A stretch of 64,000 nt of DNA from the NCBI GenBank assembly GCA_964472415.1, contig CAYYLC010000003.1:96075-160074 (forward strand), written 5' to 3'. A program made the position numbers and the translations under genes. Origin of the DNA: an uncultured Gammaproteobacteria bacterium (GTDB lineage Bacteria > Patescibacteriota > Microgenomatia > Levybacterales > GWA1-39-11). Numbering within the stretch: the first letter of the stretch is position 1; every line of letters begins with the position of its first letter. This document shows, one piece after another, positions 31,865 to 40,828 of this stretch. The notes under the pieces are model-generated. The model had not been told where the DNA came from. It worked only from the letters and a program-made list of their open reading frames with translations, and did not search any database.

Positions 31865-32248
31865 ATGTCCACAATGCAAGCAATGGGTATAAAAGCAGTT
31901 GATCTCGAAAGCCTTGTTGTCTTACTGAATGAGCCAAGTATTGTATATGATTTTTCTCAAAGAAAAGGTTTTATTCAGTGGAAAAATAGTTATCGCGTAA
32001 TTCTTCGGCAAAACAGTAATGGGCGAGATTGTCATGTACGCGTGTATCTTCCGGGAATGGAAACGTTGATGGAAGGTGAAACACTCTCTGTGAGAGCAAG
32101 AGGCGACGTACACTTTACTGATATGAAATACTACCGTGATTCGCGATGTTTTTCTGCGAAAGTAATTGGTAGGAATCAGGGCGAGCTCCAGTTCGAATCT
32201 ATAGTTCTTTCAGATCCACTACGCTCTTTCCGTAAGAAAGGGCGATAA
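31865..32248 (+). CDS. hypothetical protein, paralog A of a tandem pair (GC-rich block)
   Basis: ATG at 31865 preceded by ggagg; 127 aa. DCHVRVYLPGMETLMEGETLSVRARG and CFSAKVIGRNQGELQFE align with the neighbouring gene. The ORF-track start at 31811 is probably an extension. Confidence 0.5.
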   Translation: MSTMQAMGIKAVDLESLVVLLNEPSIVYDFSQRKGFIQWKNSYRVILRQNSNGRDCHVRVYLPGMETLMEGETLSVRARGDVHFTDMKYYRDSRCFSAKVIGRNQGELQFESIVLSDPLRSFRKKGR

Positions 32249-32319
32249 AGTCTTATGTTGTTGGGCTGATTTATTCAGTAGCGACCGAGTTTGCGCATAT
32301 AGCGCGAGAGGAGATTGGA

Positions 32320-32769
32320 ATGTCATTAGTCACCGCTCAGACAGAAATCGATTTGGAGAAAGTCGCTTTCAACCTCAACAGGAAGAATCTTTTATATGAT
32401 CTTTCTTCGAATCGGAAAGTAGACTTTACTCTTGATGAGTTCCTTGAGTTTGAGGGAGTGCAGGTGGTAAAGGATGTAAATGATCCTTATCTCTGCCATG
32501 TTCGACTGGTGATCCGGCCTGAATATAAGATGCCTGTAGGCTTCACCCTTGCGGTGAAGATTGGGCCGAGACATCCTATTAGTCGAATGTCCTATTTTCA
32601 TGAGTGGAATAATCTCCATTGCAGGGGGAAGCTGCCGAGAAGCAAAGTAGGAAGCCTCGAATTTGAGGTTGTAGAAACCCATGCAGCGCGGAAGCGCTAC
32701 AATGGACCAGAAGCGTATCAATGCCGCCAGAGGGCGCGCGAGCTTCCGCAATACTCTCATCATTACTAA
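32320..32769 (+). CDS. hypothetical protein, paralog B
   Basis: 149 aa; LCHVRLVIRPEYKMPVGFTLAVKIGP and CRGKLPRSKVGSLEFE align with paralog A (shared DLE, YD(F/L)S, CHVR(V/L), TL(S/A)V(R/K), G(E/S)L(Q/E)FE). Confidence 0.5.
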   Translation: MSLVTAQTEIDLEKVAFNLNRKNLLYDLSSNRKVDFTLDEFLEFEGVQVVKDVNDPYLCHVRLVIRPEYKMPVGFTLAVKIGPRHPISRMSYFHEWNNLHCRGKLPRSKVGSLEFEVVETHAARKRYNGPEAYQCRQRARELPQYSHHY

Positions 32770-32899
32770 CGCGAAAGCGTTTTCATCACAAGATACGTCC
32801 CTTAGGGGATAGGAAGATTTTAGGTAGTGCATCATAAGCACTTTGCACGCTTTTTATGCGCAGCCTTTCATATCTTTCTATCCCCTTCATTCTAAAGCC

Positions 32900-33271
32900 A
32901 TGAAAGAAAGAGAATACATAGAGCCAGATATGCGGATTGTAAATCCGAATAATCCCGCTTGTTCCTTGGATATTTATGCCTACTCGAATTCTCATTTAAA
33001 AAATAGCAATGGAGAAAGGATCCGCGAAAAGGATTTGACTACCCGTTCAGGGGAACTCTATGAAGGAGTAAGTATTGCATTTGGTGCGTGGAATAATCCA
33101 GAATGTGAAAATGAAGATATGAGAGAAAAAGTAGTTCGCTCCGGTTTTGCGCCAGAGCTCCATACTACTCCTCAGGCGATTGACTCAGTTCTTCAGAAGG
33201 CGCGTGTCCTTATGGAAGAGTGTCCGTATAGAGATGGGGCACGGTGTAAGCAGAATTATCGAGAGTCATAG
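32900..33271 (+). CDS. hypothetical protein
   Basis: ORF 32843-33271; start probably MKEREYIEPDMRIV at 32900; acidic and Cys-containing; no recognisable family. Confidence 0.4.
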   Translation: MKEREYIEPDMRIVNPNNPACSLDIYAYSNSHLKNSNGERIREKDLTTRSGELYEGVSIAFGAWNNPECENEDMREKVVRSGFAPELHTTPQAIDSVLQKARVLMEECPYRDGARCKQNYRES

Positions 33272-33466
33272 ATTGTCTTCAATGCCAGGTGCAAGTTCTT
33301 TTGGAGCATATTGGAGCCAGCTATCAAGTTCATTTCTAACTTCTTCTACCAGTCCTGGAGTAGGCTCATGAGGATAGTCTTGAATCCAATCACTTAAAAC
33401 GTCGCGTGCGCTTTCTATTCTTCTGAAGTCTTCAATTTTTTCGTTATGATAGTTTCCTCGTTCCAT
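33266..33466 (-). CDS. hypothetical small acidic protein (66 aa)
   Basis: ORF convergent with and overlapping the end of the previous gene by 6 nt; high coding-like GC3. Confidence 0.3.
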   Translation of the reverse strand: MERGNYHNEKIEDFRRIESARDVLSDWIQDYPHEPTPGLVEEVRNELDSWLQYAPKELAPGIEDNL

Positions 33467-33552
33467 AAGTATAAATAACTTTAATTTTAGGTTTCAAAAA
33501 TCGCGATACTCGTCTTTTAGTAAGTTTTTTTATCCGCGTTTATCAGATTTAT

Positions 33553-34173
33553 TTACCCCGATTGTCGCGCAATAGCCCGTTCATTATTTAATGTAAAACT
33601 GGTGCCATGTTTTTTGCTCATAGCCATATATTGTTTTTCTTGTTTCCTATTGTTTACCATAGCGCCGAGCGTATTTACTTCTTCCATTTTTTCTCGAGTG
33701 TTTCTAATAGTTAAAAATACCCATTCATAGAAATTGAGATGATATTTTCCTGGCTTTTCAGGAGTTTGTTGAGTGTTAATTTCTGTAAACACCATTTCCA
33801 TTTCTGCAGAGGCGTCTTTGAGTTTTTTGATCTCTATTCGGATTTCTTCAATCTGCATGCTAAGTTGCTGTTGCTCTTCATGGTTTTGCTTGCTTGGGGC
33901 TGCAAGAATTTCTTGAAAGTACGCCCGATGCTCAGCGCTTGGAGATTTTTTCTCTTGTTCTTGTTTAGGTTTTTCCCCTCCAAGCTCTACTTCATTTCCT
34001 TCTGTTAGACTTCCTTCTATTCCAAAGACTTGATGTTCAGCATCTATTGTGCTTTCTTTTAGTTGGCTTACTGCGGTTTTGTGAGTATCATCAAATATTT
34101 TTCTCAGCCCTGAGGTTAGATTTGCACCAGCTTCTGCAAGACTTGCGCCAATGATAGTGTTATCAGATTTCAT
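33553..34173 (-). CDS. hypothetical protein (206 aa, coiled-coil / Gln-Glu-rich)
   Basis: Long ORF with no recognisable motif; central EEQQQLSMQIEEIRIEIKKLK coiled coil. Confidence 0.4.
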   Translation of the reverse strand: MKSDNTIIGASLAEAGANLTSGLRKIFDDTHKTAVSQLKESTIDAEHQVFGIEGSLTEGNEVELGGEKPKQEQEKKSPSAEHRAYFQEILAAPSKQNHEEQQQLSMQIEEIRIEIKKLKDASAEMEMVFTEINTQQTPEKPGKYHLNFYEWVFLTIRNTREKMEEVNTLGAMVNNRKQEKQYMAMSKKHGTSFTLNNERAIARQSG

Positions 34174-34205
34174 GGCCCTTATTATAGAATATTAGGCTCT
34201 TTTTT

Positions 34206-35093
34206 TCAAATTTGAGTGAGGAAATCAATAGTTTTTTGCTGTCTTATAATACTTGCGACGAGATACGGATTTTGCATAATTTCTTGTTGTTGTTCTTTGT
34301 CTCCAATTTTTCCTATTGCATTCGCGATATCTTCTTCATTTACTGTGATTTTTTCTACTTCAGCAACTTTTCTCAGGAAGAATTCAAGTTTAATATCTCG
34401 CTCTGCGCGGTTTCTGTACTCCTTGCGCATATCTTCTCCGGTGATTTTTTTGCTTTCTAAATATTGTTCAAGTGTCATTCCGAGCATTTTTATTTCATCA
34501 ATCATTTGTGATAAAAGTCGTGATACTTCACGCTCAATAATAACATTGGGTATTGTGATTTTTGCTTGAGAGAGTCCTGCAGTAATAACAGCATCAATAG
34601 ATGGCTTTTGAGGCTCCTTGTCTTTCTCAGTAACGATTTTTCCTTTTGCATTGAGGTCTTGGATTGCCTTTTTGTACTCTCTAAGTTCGACCTTTGGCTC
34701 TTCGGCGACTTCTGCGCTAAATCGTAGATCATGATTGAACTCATATGCCTCAATATGAATCTGTGGAGTTATGATTGGTTGCAATTTGTGCTTTTCTACC
34801 GCTTCTTTATATGCATTCGTTACAAGTTCTTTCAGAACCTCTTCTTTGAGTGCTTCTTGGGAAACGTTTTTTTTCGCAACTTCTTTTGGTGCCATTCCCT
34901 TTCGAAATCCTGGAACAGTCACTCGTTTTATGAACTCATCTTCTCGTTTTTCATACTCTTTTTTCACGAGATCTTTTGAGACTGTGATATTAAGTTCTAT
35001 TGTGCCGTCCTTTTTACGAATAAGCTCCTTTTTTGGTTCTTCAGCCTGAGCTTTTTGAGTTTTTTTGGGAGTAGTTTTTTTTGTTTCAGCCAT
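34206..35093 (-). CDS. tig: trigger factor lacking the FKBP-type PPIase domain
   Basis: N-terminal ribosome-binding signature VPGFRKGMAPKEV (TF box GFRxGxxP) after a Lys-rich 20-aa extension. C-terminal TF domain (EREVSRLLSQMIDEI...RNRAERDIKLEFFLRKVAEVEKITV). 295 aa against about 430 for canonical TF. Confidence 0.75.
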   Translation of the reverse strand: MAETKKTTPKKTQKAQAEEPKKELIRKKDGTIELNITVSKDLVKKEYEKREDEFIKRVTVPGFRKGMAPKEVAKKNVSQEALKEEVLKELVTNAYKEAVEKHKLQPIITPQIHIEAYEFNHDLRFSAEVAEEPKVELREYKKAIQDLNAKGKIVTEKDKEPQKPSIDAVITAGLSQAKITIPNVIIEREVSRLLSQMIDEIKMLGMTLEQYLESKKITGEDMRKEYRNRAERDIKLEFFLRKVAEVEKITVNEEDIANAIGKIGDKEQQQEIMQNPYLVASIIRQQKTIDFLTQI

Positions 35094-35211
35094 TTGGATA
35101 TTGTAACAAATTATTTCTTGAGTTCAAGGCTTCCTTGAAAAATGCTCTTGAGATGATTTCTCCATTGTGAATTGTTGGAGCTTTATTTCCCCAACATCCA
35201 TAAATAGTTCA

Positions 35212-35844
35212 TTATGTTATGTCAGGAAGATTCTTAAGTTTAACCCCATTGTATTCAAAATAGTTTGCGCCTTGATATGCGCCGCTTGTGTTAAGTTGAT
35301 TTTTCTGCTCGAAAATTTTATAAGTTAGCGGTGAAAGCTTCCAAACTTGCCCTCCATGTTCAGCCTCTCGCTCACCAACTATTTTTGCAGTTATGTCTTT
35401 ATCGGATATAAATGTAATTACGTCTCCGTTTTTCAATCCTTTTCGGTAAAAACTAAACAAAGCTCCTTGTTTTCTTGCTTCTGAAACCTCGTCAAATTCT
35501 TTTTCTTTATCTATGTTTTTTGGATAAATAATCTTACCTTCAAAAGATAGAAGTAATTGCTTAGCTACTTCGTAATCTAATGCAAATAATTCACTATCTC
35601 CGATGCGTTGTTTGCTGAATACATCATGTAATAGATTTTCTTTATCCTGGTAATCTTCGACTTCAATGGCAAAAAATCGCTTAAGCCCTGAAACATTATA
35701 GTACCCGTTTGATTCTAGAAAACGCATTCGCTCCTGATAATTGTTTGTCCCTGTCTGCCCAATTTTAAGCAGACCCGAAACAGCCGTTGTCATTATGTAG
35801 ATAATGCCTTTTGTCATTGCTGTAATTTGAGGTTTAGTAGACAA
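35212..35844 (-). CDS. T5orf172 (GIY-YIG-like) / DUF4357 family protein
   Basis: GIIYIMTTAVSGLLKIGQTGTNNYQERMRFLES resembles the T5orf172 domain; C-terminal region resembles DUF4357; lies next to a tRNA. Confidence 0.5.
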   Translation of the reverse strand: MSTKPQITAMTKGIIYIMTTAVSGLLKIGQTGTNNYQERMRFLESNGYYNVSGLKRFFAIEVEDYQDKENLLHDVFSKQRIGDSELFALDYEVAKQLLLSFEGKIIYPKNIDKEKEFDEVSEARKQGALFSFYRKGLKNGDVITFISDKDITAKIVGEREAEHGGQVWKLSPLTYKIFEQKNQLNTSGAYQGANYFEYNGVKLKNLPDIT

Positions 35845-35862
35845 ATTTTATGTAGCTTATTG

Positions 35863-35943
35863 TGCCCGGGAAAGGACTTGAACCTTCACACCTTTCGGTA
35901 CTGGTTCCTAAAACCAGCGCGTCTACCATTTCACCACCCGGGC
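35863..35943 (-). tRNA. tRNA-Leu (anticodon UAG), class II with long variable arm
   Basis: Reverse complement gcccgggtggtgaaatggtagacgcgctggttttaggaaccagtaccgaaaggtgtgaaggttcaagtcctttcccgggca: acceptor gcccggg/cccgggc, anticodon loop ttTAGga, variable arm taccgaaaggtgtg. Confidence 0.85.
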
Positions 35944-35984
35944 ATCGTAGGAATTATACTATGCACAAGTAAGTGATTTCCACC

Positions 35985-36527
35985 TTAGATAGTAATTTCT
36001 ACTTCATTTTTAAGAATATCTATATACTCTTTTTCAATAGAATTTATGAAAGAATTTACTCGCACTGCCCACGTAGGAGATTCAGCATAAATTGGCCCAA
36101 TAGTCCATACAGTATCTGCTCCACGGTCATAATACCGAGATTTTAGTGATTGGGTAATCGTATCAATACCATGTTCCCAAGATTCAAAGTAAATATATCC
36201 TCCACCCCACCCATATGCATTATAGGAGTTTGGCATTAGGTGTTTTCCAAATCCAGATTCAAGCCCAGAGATTGCAGGGAGAAGTTTCCAGTCCACGCCA
36301 TTTTTATCAGCAAGTGCAACATATGCTGGAGCAGCTGATTTTAGTGGTGAATTGTATCGCTCGAACACCTTTTCAAGTGCCTGAACGCGGATATCATCAC
36401 GAGGAGCGATCTCGCTTCCAATTGCAAGCTGCGCCGAAGCAGTCTGTTGTAGTTGATGTGCGTTTACCTTTTGCGGCATAAGAATTGCTGCAAAAAGAAT
36501 AATTGCTATGATTACAATTTTTTTCAT
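35985..36527 (-). CDS. secreted glucosaminidase-domain (FlgJ-like) peptidoglycan hydrolase, paralog 1
   Basis: Signal peptide MKKIVIIAIILFAAILMPQKVNA (start at 36527; ORF-track start 36566). LLPAISGLESGFGKH...NAYGWG resembles the glucosaminidase signature (ESGWG...NN(L/Y)FGI). Confidence 0.55.
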   Translation of the reverse strand: MKKIVIIAIILFAAILMPQKVNAHQLQQTASAQLAIGSEIAPRDDIRVQALEKVFERYNSPLKSAAPAYVALADKNGVDWKLLPAISGLESGFGKHLMPNSYNAYGWGGGYIYFESWEHGIDTITQSLKSRYYDRGADTVWTIGPIYAESPTWAVRVNSFINSIEKEYIDILKNEVEITI

Positions 36528-36661
36528 ACAGTGTCCCGTCTCCGGGAAGTTTTTGTAACTGTTCAAGCTTTCTCAGTACATGAAAAAACTTGAGGATTCC
36601 AAAAACTGTATTGGGGAAAAAGTAGAAGGGTCTAAATATAGATTTACTATATTCAGACCAT

Positions 36662-36698
36662 AAAAAAATCCTAAAGTAGTTTTGGGCTACCTTAGGAC
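36662..36698 (-). terminator. rho-independent terminator downstream of the 36777-37361 gene
   Basis: Hairpin cctaaagtag-ttttggg-ctaccttagg (one mismatch) with a T7 run on the minus strand (A7 at 36662-36668 on plus). Confidence 0.5.
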
Positions 36699-36776
36699 CT
36701 GTTGCGTATTGTATCAGTTGACTATAGGTTTGTCAAGGGGTAAAACTACGGGATGTAGTGCCAATTTTGAGGCTAA

Positions 36777-37361
36777 TTAGAGATGTGTGGATATCTGTCC
36801 CATTACAAAATTAACTGTTTCTGCCCAGGATCCATTACTTACCGGGTTGTATTTTTTCATAATTTCCTCAGGACTTACAAGTCCGATTCCTACATATCGT
36901 TCTCCGAGTCCTTTTGAGACTGTAGTTATTGCCTCTGGGTAATCAGTGAAATAGGTAGTCTTTCCTCCGTAAATTCCATACCCCCAACAATTATGTGAGT
37001 GCTTGGGGATTTTATGGCATAAAGTACTTTCCTTCATAGCAATAGCTGGTACGAGTCTGTAATCTAACCCATGCTTATCAGCTTCTGTAACTATCAGCTC
37101 GGCATATGGTTTGAGGGGAGAATCATAGCGTGCAAAAAATTCTTCAAGTGCGGTGATTCTACTATCTGATGTAGTGATCATTCCATTTATCTCACGTGTC
37201 TCTTCTGGGAGTGCTTGGTATTTCGGTTTTTCAGCATAAATAATTGTTTTATGGAGGCTGTTAGAGCTAAATAGTGTCGTTAGAAGCGCTGCAGTGAGGA
37301 TTATAAAAACCAAGAATGAGCTTATGAAGTACCCTGCTATAAAAGCAATTCTCTTACCCAT
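36777..37361 (-). CDS. membrane-anchored glucosaminidase-domain peptidoglycan hydrolase, paralog 2
   Basis: N-terminal TM IAFIAGYFISSFLVFIILTAALLTTLF. ALEEFFARYDSPLKPYAELIVTEADKHGLDYRLVPAIAMKES...NCWGYG aligns with paralog 1 (ALEKVFERYNSPLKSAAPAYVALADKNGVDWKLLPAISGLES...NAYGWG). Confidence 0.55.
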   Translation of the reverse strand: MGKRIAFIAGYFISSFLVFIILTAALLTTLFSSNSLHKTIIYAEKPKYQALPEETREINGMITTSDSRITALEEFFARYDSPLKPYAELIVTEADKHGLDYRLVPAIAMKESTLCHKIPKHSHNCWGYGIYGGKTTYFTDYPEAITTVSKGLGERYVGIGLVSPEEIMKKYNPVSNGSWAETVNFVMGQISTHL

Positions 37362-37487
37362 ACTTTAATCTGTCATTTTCACGATTTAAAGTCAAGGTGT
37401 AAGACTACTAAAAACTGTTACATACTAATAGTTTACAATATTAAACAATTGTTTTGAGGTATGAATATTGATACAATTTGAGGGTAA

Positions 37488-37571
37488 GCCGGAGTGGCGA
37501 AATGGTAGACGCGCAGTGTTCAGAACGCTGTATCCTTTGCGGATGTGGAGGTTCGAGTCCTCTCTTCGGTA
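37488..37571 (+). tRNA. tRNA-Leu (anticodon CAG), class II
   Basis: gccggagtggcgaaatggtagacgcgcagtgttcagaacgctgtatcctttgcggatgtggaggttcgagtcctctcttcggta: acceptor with two G-U pairs, anticodon loop ttCAGaa, long variable arm, GGTTCGAGTCC T-loop. Confidence 0.8.
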
Positions 37572-37702
37572 CACTAAAGCCTAAGCTTTTTGACAGATTA
37601 TTTGGCTGGATTTTTTATAACTTAAAGATTATGGGGGATTTCTACCTGTATATTTGAGTTTTAAATCTTGCGAGCATACTAAAAGTTTATTATGATAAGT
37701 GT

Positions 37703-38017
37703 ATGGCGAAGGAATTTAGTCATTCAATTCGAACCGCTTACTTCTACCTCTTTTCTGCAATTGGCGTAATTCTTCTCATAGTTGGCGTTTTTAAATTATC
37801 AGACTTTACGGTAAAGCAGGTATTTTTAGATGAGTACTATCTTCCATACGAATCTGGGCGATGTAATTATCCACAGCCTCGTGAACAGTGCATGGAAGAG
37901 CTTAAGCGGGAACGAGATCTTAAAGAAGTGACCGATGTTTCAAGCTCAATTACATTTATTGTCGTTGGGTTATTGCTTTTTGGGTTTCATTATAAGAAAG
38001 CACGAAAGCTTTCTTAA
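37703..38017 (+). CDS. small membrane protein (104 aa, two TM segments, Cys pair)
   Basis: TM1 AYFYLFSAIGVILLIVGVF, TM2 ITFIVVGLLLFGF; lies between tRNAs. Confidence 0.4.
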   Translation: MAKEFSHSIRTAYFYLFSAIGVILLIVGVFKLSDFTVKQVFLDEYYLPYESGRCNYPQPREQCMEELKRERDLKEVTDVSSSITFIVVGLLLFGFHYKKARKLS

Positions 38018-38061
38018 TCTTGAGATTTAGCTTAAAATTCTCTATACTACTCTAGTCTTTT

Positions 38062-38134
38062 GCCGAGATTGCCAAGTTGGTCAAGGCGCGTGTCTGAAGA
38101 ACACGTTATCCGGGTTCGATTCCTGGTCTCGGCA
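38062..38134 (+). tRNA. tRNA-Phe (anticodon GAA)
   Basis: gccgagattgccaagttggtcaaggcgcgtgtctgaagaacacgttatccgggttcgattcctggtctcggca: acceptor gccgaga/tctcggc, anticodon loop ctGAAga. Confidence 0.85.
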
Positions 38135-38349
38135 CAGCGAAATTTCAAGACCTCTATTTTTCGCTCTGATGAAATCAGAGCTTCAGTATCCGGTCTGAAA
38201 TTTCGCCCCTTAATCCCGCTGTGCGGGATTACAGAAATGTTTTGCATTTTTGAGAAGTCGAGAATTTTAATTTTCGAAATAAGGAATAGTGACGAAGGGT
38301 AAAGATTTTAAATTTATTTAAAACCGCCAAGCGAGGTCCATGAGGACGC

Positions 38350-38421
38350 GCGGGAATAGCTCAGTGGTAGAGCGTCTCGTTGCCAACGAGAAGGTCGAGG
38401 GTTCGAACCCCTTTTCCCGCT
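38350..38421 (+). tRNA. tRNA-Gly (anticodon GCC)
   Basis: gcgggaatagctcagtggtagagcgtctcgttgccaacgagaaggtcgagggttcgaaccccttttcccgct: acceptor gcgggaa/ttcccgc, anticodon loop ttGCCaa, discriminator U. Confidence 0.85.
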
Positions 38422-38756
38422 CCGAAATCAGAAGTATTTGTTTCTGTACTCCAAATTCATTGATCATCCTCTATTTTTAGTATAAAAGCGGTAGCTTTGT
38501 GGTTATAATAAAAAGTTATAGGATTGTATTAAGACACACCACTAGATAGGTTTTATTCTTGTAGTGTTTACTAGTATTAGTTATTGAGTTTTTGTAAAAA
38601 ATCTATTCCTCTATAAGCTTGGGGGCAAGTTTTCGCTCCTTAATATAACTGAGAAGCACAAGTGCCAAAAAAATAAAGGAGAATATTTATTCCGGAAATT
38701 CCCACCATCTCTGATGTTAAGGGTTTAGTCAGAGATAAATAATCTAAATCGATTAG

Positions 38757-38830
38757 TGGACGATGAGGGATTTGAACCCCCGACACCCTCGGTGTAAACG
38801 AGGTGCTCTAGCCAGCTGAGCTAATCGTCC
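38757..38830 (-). tRNA. tRNA-Val (anticodon UAC)
   Basis: Reverse complement ggacgattagctcagctggctagagcacctcgtttacaccgagggtgtcgggggttcaaatccctcatcgtcca: anticodon loop ttTACac. Confidence 0.85.
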
Positions 38831-39021
38831 GAATTTCGGGAATGGATTTCGTACGGTTCATTTATGATACATCATAAATTGCGCCATTTTCATCATTCCT
38901 CCTTTATTCAAAAATACTTACGCATTTTTCAGAGTCACCCCGTTTAATGGGATGAGGTAGCAAGCTGACAAGTGTGTTCGAATCTAATCGAACTAAGCAT
39001 AAAGGTCTTGCCAGTTTTGCG

Positions 39022-39103
39022 GTGGGCTTGAGAGGACTCGAACCTCCACACCTTACGGCACAGCCACCTCAAGACTGCGTGTATACCAATTTCACCACAA
39101 GCC
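39022..39103 (-). tRNA. tRNA-Leu (anticodon GAG), class II
   Basis: Reverse complement gggcttgtggtgaaattggtatacacgcagtcttgaggtggctgtgccgtaaggtgtggaggttcgagtcctctcaagccca: anticodon loop ttGAGgt, long variable arm. Confidence 0.8.
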
Positions 39104-39240
39104 CGACTTACTTTCATATTGTAGCAAAAAATTATGAGAAAACAATTATATCCTATAAGACTTGACAAATAAATAAATATCATTACAATGTAACTTTTAA
39201 GGCTTTTTGAAAAGTTTTTGAAATACTGTATAAATAGATT

Positions 39241-39681
39241 ATGAGAATAACAAGCCCAGCATTTGGTCATAACGAAATGATACCTGCAGAATATACGTGT
39301 GATGGGGAGGATGTTAATCCAACACTTATGTTTGAGGATGTTCCAGAGGATATTAAGTCTCTTGCGCTTATTGTGGATGATCCTGATGCTCCAGGAAAAA
39401 CCTGGACTCACTGGATAGTTCTGAATATTTCTCCTGATGCAGATGGGATACATGAGGATTCTGTGCCTGAGGAGAGTATCTTAGTGATGAATGACTTCGG
39501 AAGTACTCATTGGGGCGGTCCGTGTCCGCCACGAGGTATTCATAGGTATAGATTTAAGCTTTATGCGCTTGATGGAGAGCCTGAGTTTGAAGAAGATATG
39601 ACGATCCTGGAGATAGAAGAAGCAATAAAACCTCATGTAGTCGAAGAGGCAATGCTTATTGGGCTTTATACAAGAGAGTAG
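39241..39681 (+). CDS. YbhB/YbcL-family phosphatidylethanolamine-binding protein (PEBP)
   Basis: 146 aa; DPDAP...HW and GGPCPP...HRY motifs typical of bacterial PEBP. Confidence 0.75.
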   Translation: MRITSPAFGHNEMIPAEYTCDGEDVNPTLMFEDVPEDIKSLALIVDDPDAPGKTWTHWIVLNISPDADGIHEDSVPEESILVMNDFGSTHWGGPCPPRGIHRYRFKLYALDGEPEFEEDMTILEIEEAIKPHVVEEAMLIGLYTRE

Positions 39682-39715
39682 ATACCCCCTTGATTGATCT
39701 TATTATATTTTTCCT

Positions 39716-40828
39716 ATGAAATTTCTTAATAAAAAAATTATTGGTATCGGTTTGCTTGGAGTGTTTTTATTTGCAGGTGGAATTATTTATTTTTCTGAAA
39801 AATTAAATAACGTTGATAAAGTTCAAAATGAAAAAAAATCTTTTAGAGAAGATGTTCTCTCCTCCCCTACGCCATCTGATGTTGAGATACAAATACCCGA
39901 GCGTTTTATCATTCCCATGAGACATCATACTTTTCAAACGTTTAACAATTGTGGTCCAGCGACTCTTTCTATGGCGCTTTCTTATTGGGATGTGAATATT
40001 TCTCAGCACGAATTAGGGAATATTTTGAGGCCATATCAGGTGGCGAAAGGAGATAATGATGATAAATCTGTAACGTTAGAAGAGGTTGCACGTCAAGCAG
40101 AGGTGTATGGATTGCATGCCTATCTTAGGCCAAATGGTACTCTAGAAAAGATAGAAAAATTCATTTCTCAAGAAATTCCCGTAGTGACACGTACTCGGTT
40201 AGAGCCTCATGAGGATATTGGACATTACCGAATAATTCGGGGATATGATAGAAATGCCCATGAGATTATTCAGGACGATTCACTTCAGGGAAAAGATTTA
40301 CGGTATTCTTATGGGGAATTTATTACATTGTGGCAGCCGTTTAATTATGAATATCTACTTATCGTTCCAGAAGAAAAAAAGGAAATCGTTGAGAAAATTC
40401 TTGGTGAAGAGCTTAGTGAGAGGGCTGCGTGGGAGAATGCGCTTTCTCGTATTGAAGCTGAAATTCAAGAAAATTCAGATAATTGGCATTTGATTTTTGC
40501 AAAATCTCGGGTTCATTATTATCTTGAGGAATACGAGAAATCTATCGAAGAATTTGAAAAAGTAGAAGATAGGATTTCTTTCCGGACCCTCTGGTATCAA
40601 ATTGAGCCGATAAAGAGTTATTATGAATTGAGGCGATATGAGAAGGTGTTTCAGATTACTGATGCAATTCTCAATAATCAAAATCGTGCGTTTTCAGAGC
40701 TTTATTACATTCGCGGTCAAATGTATTTAGATCAGGGAGATACGGCCCTTGCTCGAGGTGAGTTTGAGAATGCAGTGCGGTATAAAAATAACTATACTCC
40801 CGCAATTGAGATGCTTAAAAATCTCTAA
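39716..40828 (+). CDS. membrane-anchored peptidase C39-like domain protein with C-terminal TPR repeats
   Basis: N-terminal TM; [17 protein letters not shown] (papain-like C39 Cys box) with later His (HYRIIRGYD); C-terminal TPR-like repeats ([27 protein letters not shown]). Confidence 0.6.
   Translation: MKFLNKKIIGIGLLGVFLFAGGIIYFSEKLNNVDKVQNEKKSFREDVLSSPTPSDVEIQIPERFIIPMRHHTFQTFNNCGPATLSMALSYWDVNISQHELGNILRPYQVAKGDNDDKSVTLEEVARQAEVYGLHAYLRPNGTLEKIEKFISQEIPVVTRTRLEPHEDIGHYRIIRGYDRNAHEIIQDDSLQGKDLRYSYGEFITLWQPFNYEYLLIVPEEKKEIVEKILGEELSERAAWENALSRIEAEIQENSDNWHLIFAKSRVHYYLEEYEKSIEEFEKVEDRISFRTLWYQIEPIKSYYELRRYEKVFQITDAILNNQNRAFSELYYIRGQMYLDQGDTALARGEFENAVRYKNNYTPAIEMLKNL

Noticed and set aside
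32392-32841. 149-aa minus-strand ORF antisense to paralog B
   Set aside because: It lies entirely inside the better-supported plus-strand gene 32320-32769, which has a paralog, and is an artefact of GC-rich sequence keeping the antisense frame open.
38047-38302. Two ORF-track ORFs (66 and 80 aa) spanning tRNA-Phe and the hairpin element
   Set aside because: They overlap a confident tRNA and a structured non-coding region, with no RBS or coding signal.
38835-39020. Possible extra tRNA-like fragment (gtgtgttcgaatc T-loop-like) between tRNA-Val(UAC) and tRNA-Leu(GAG)
   Set aside because: Only a T-loop-like segment is recognisable. No acceptor, D or anticodon arms can be drawn, so at most it is a tRNA remnant.
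38944-39453. 169-aa minus ORF and 63-aa plus ORF covering tRNA-Leu(GAG) and running antisense into the PEBP gene
   Set aside because: They overlap a tRNA and the well-supported PEBP CDS; the sequence is AT-rich and low-complexity.
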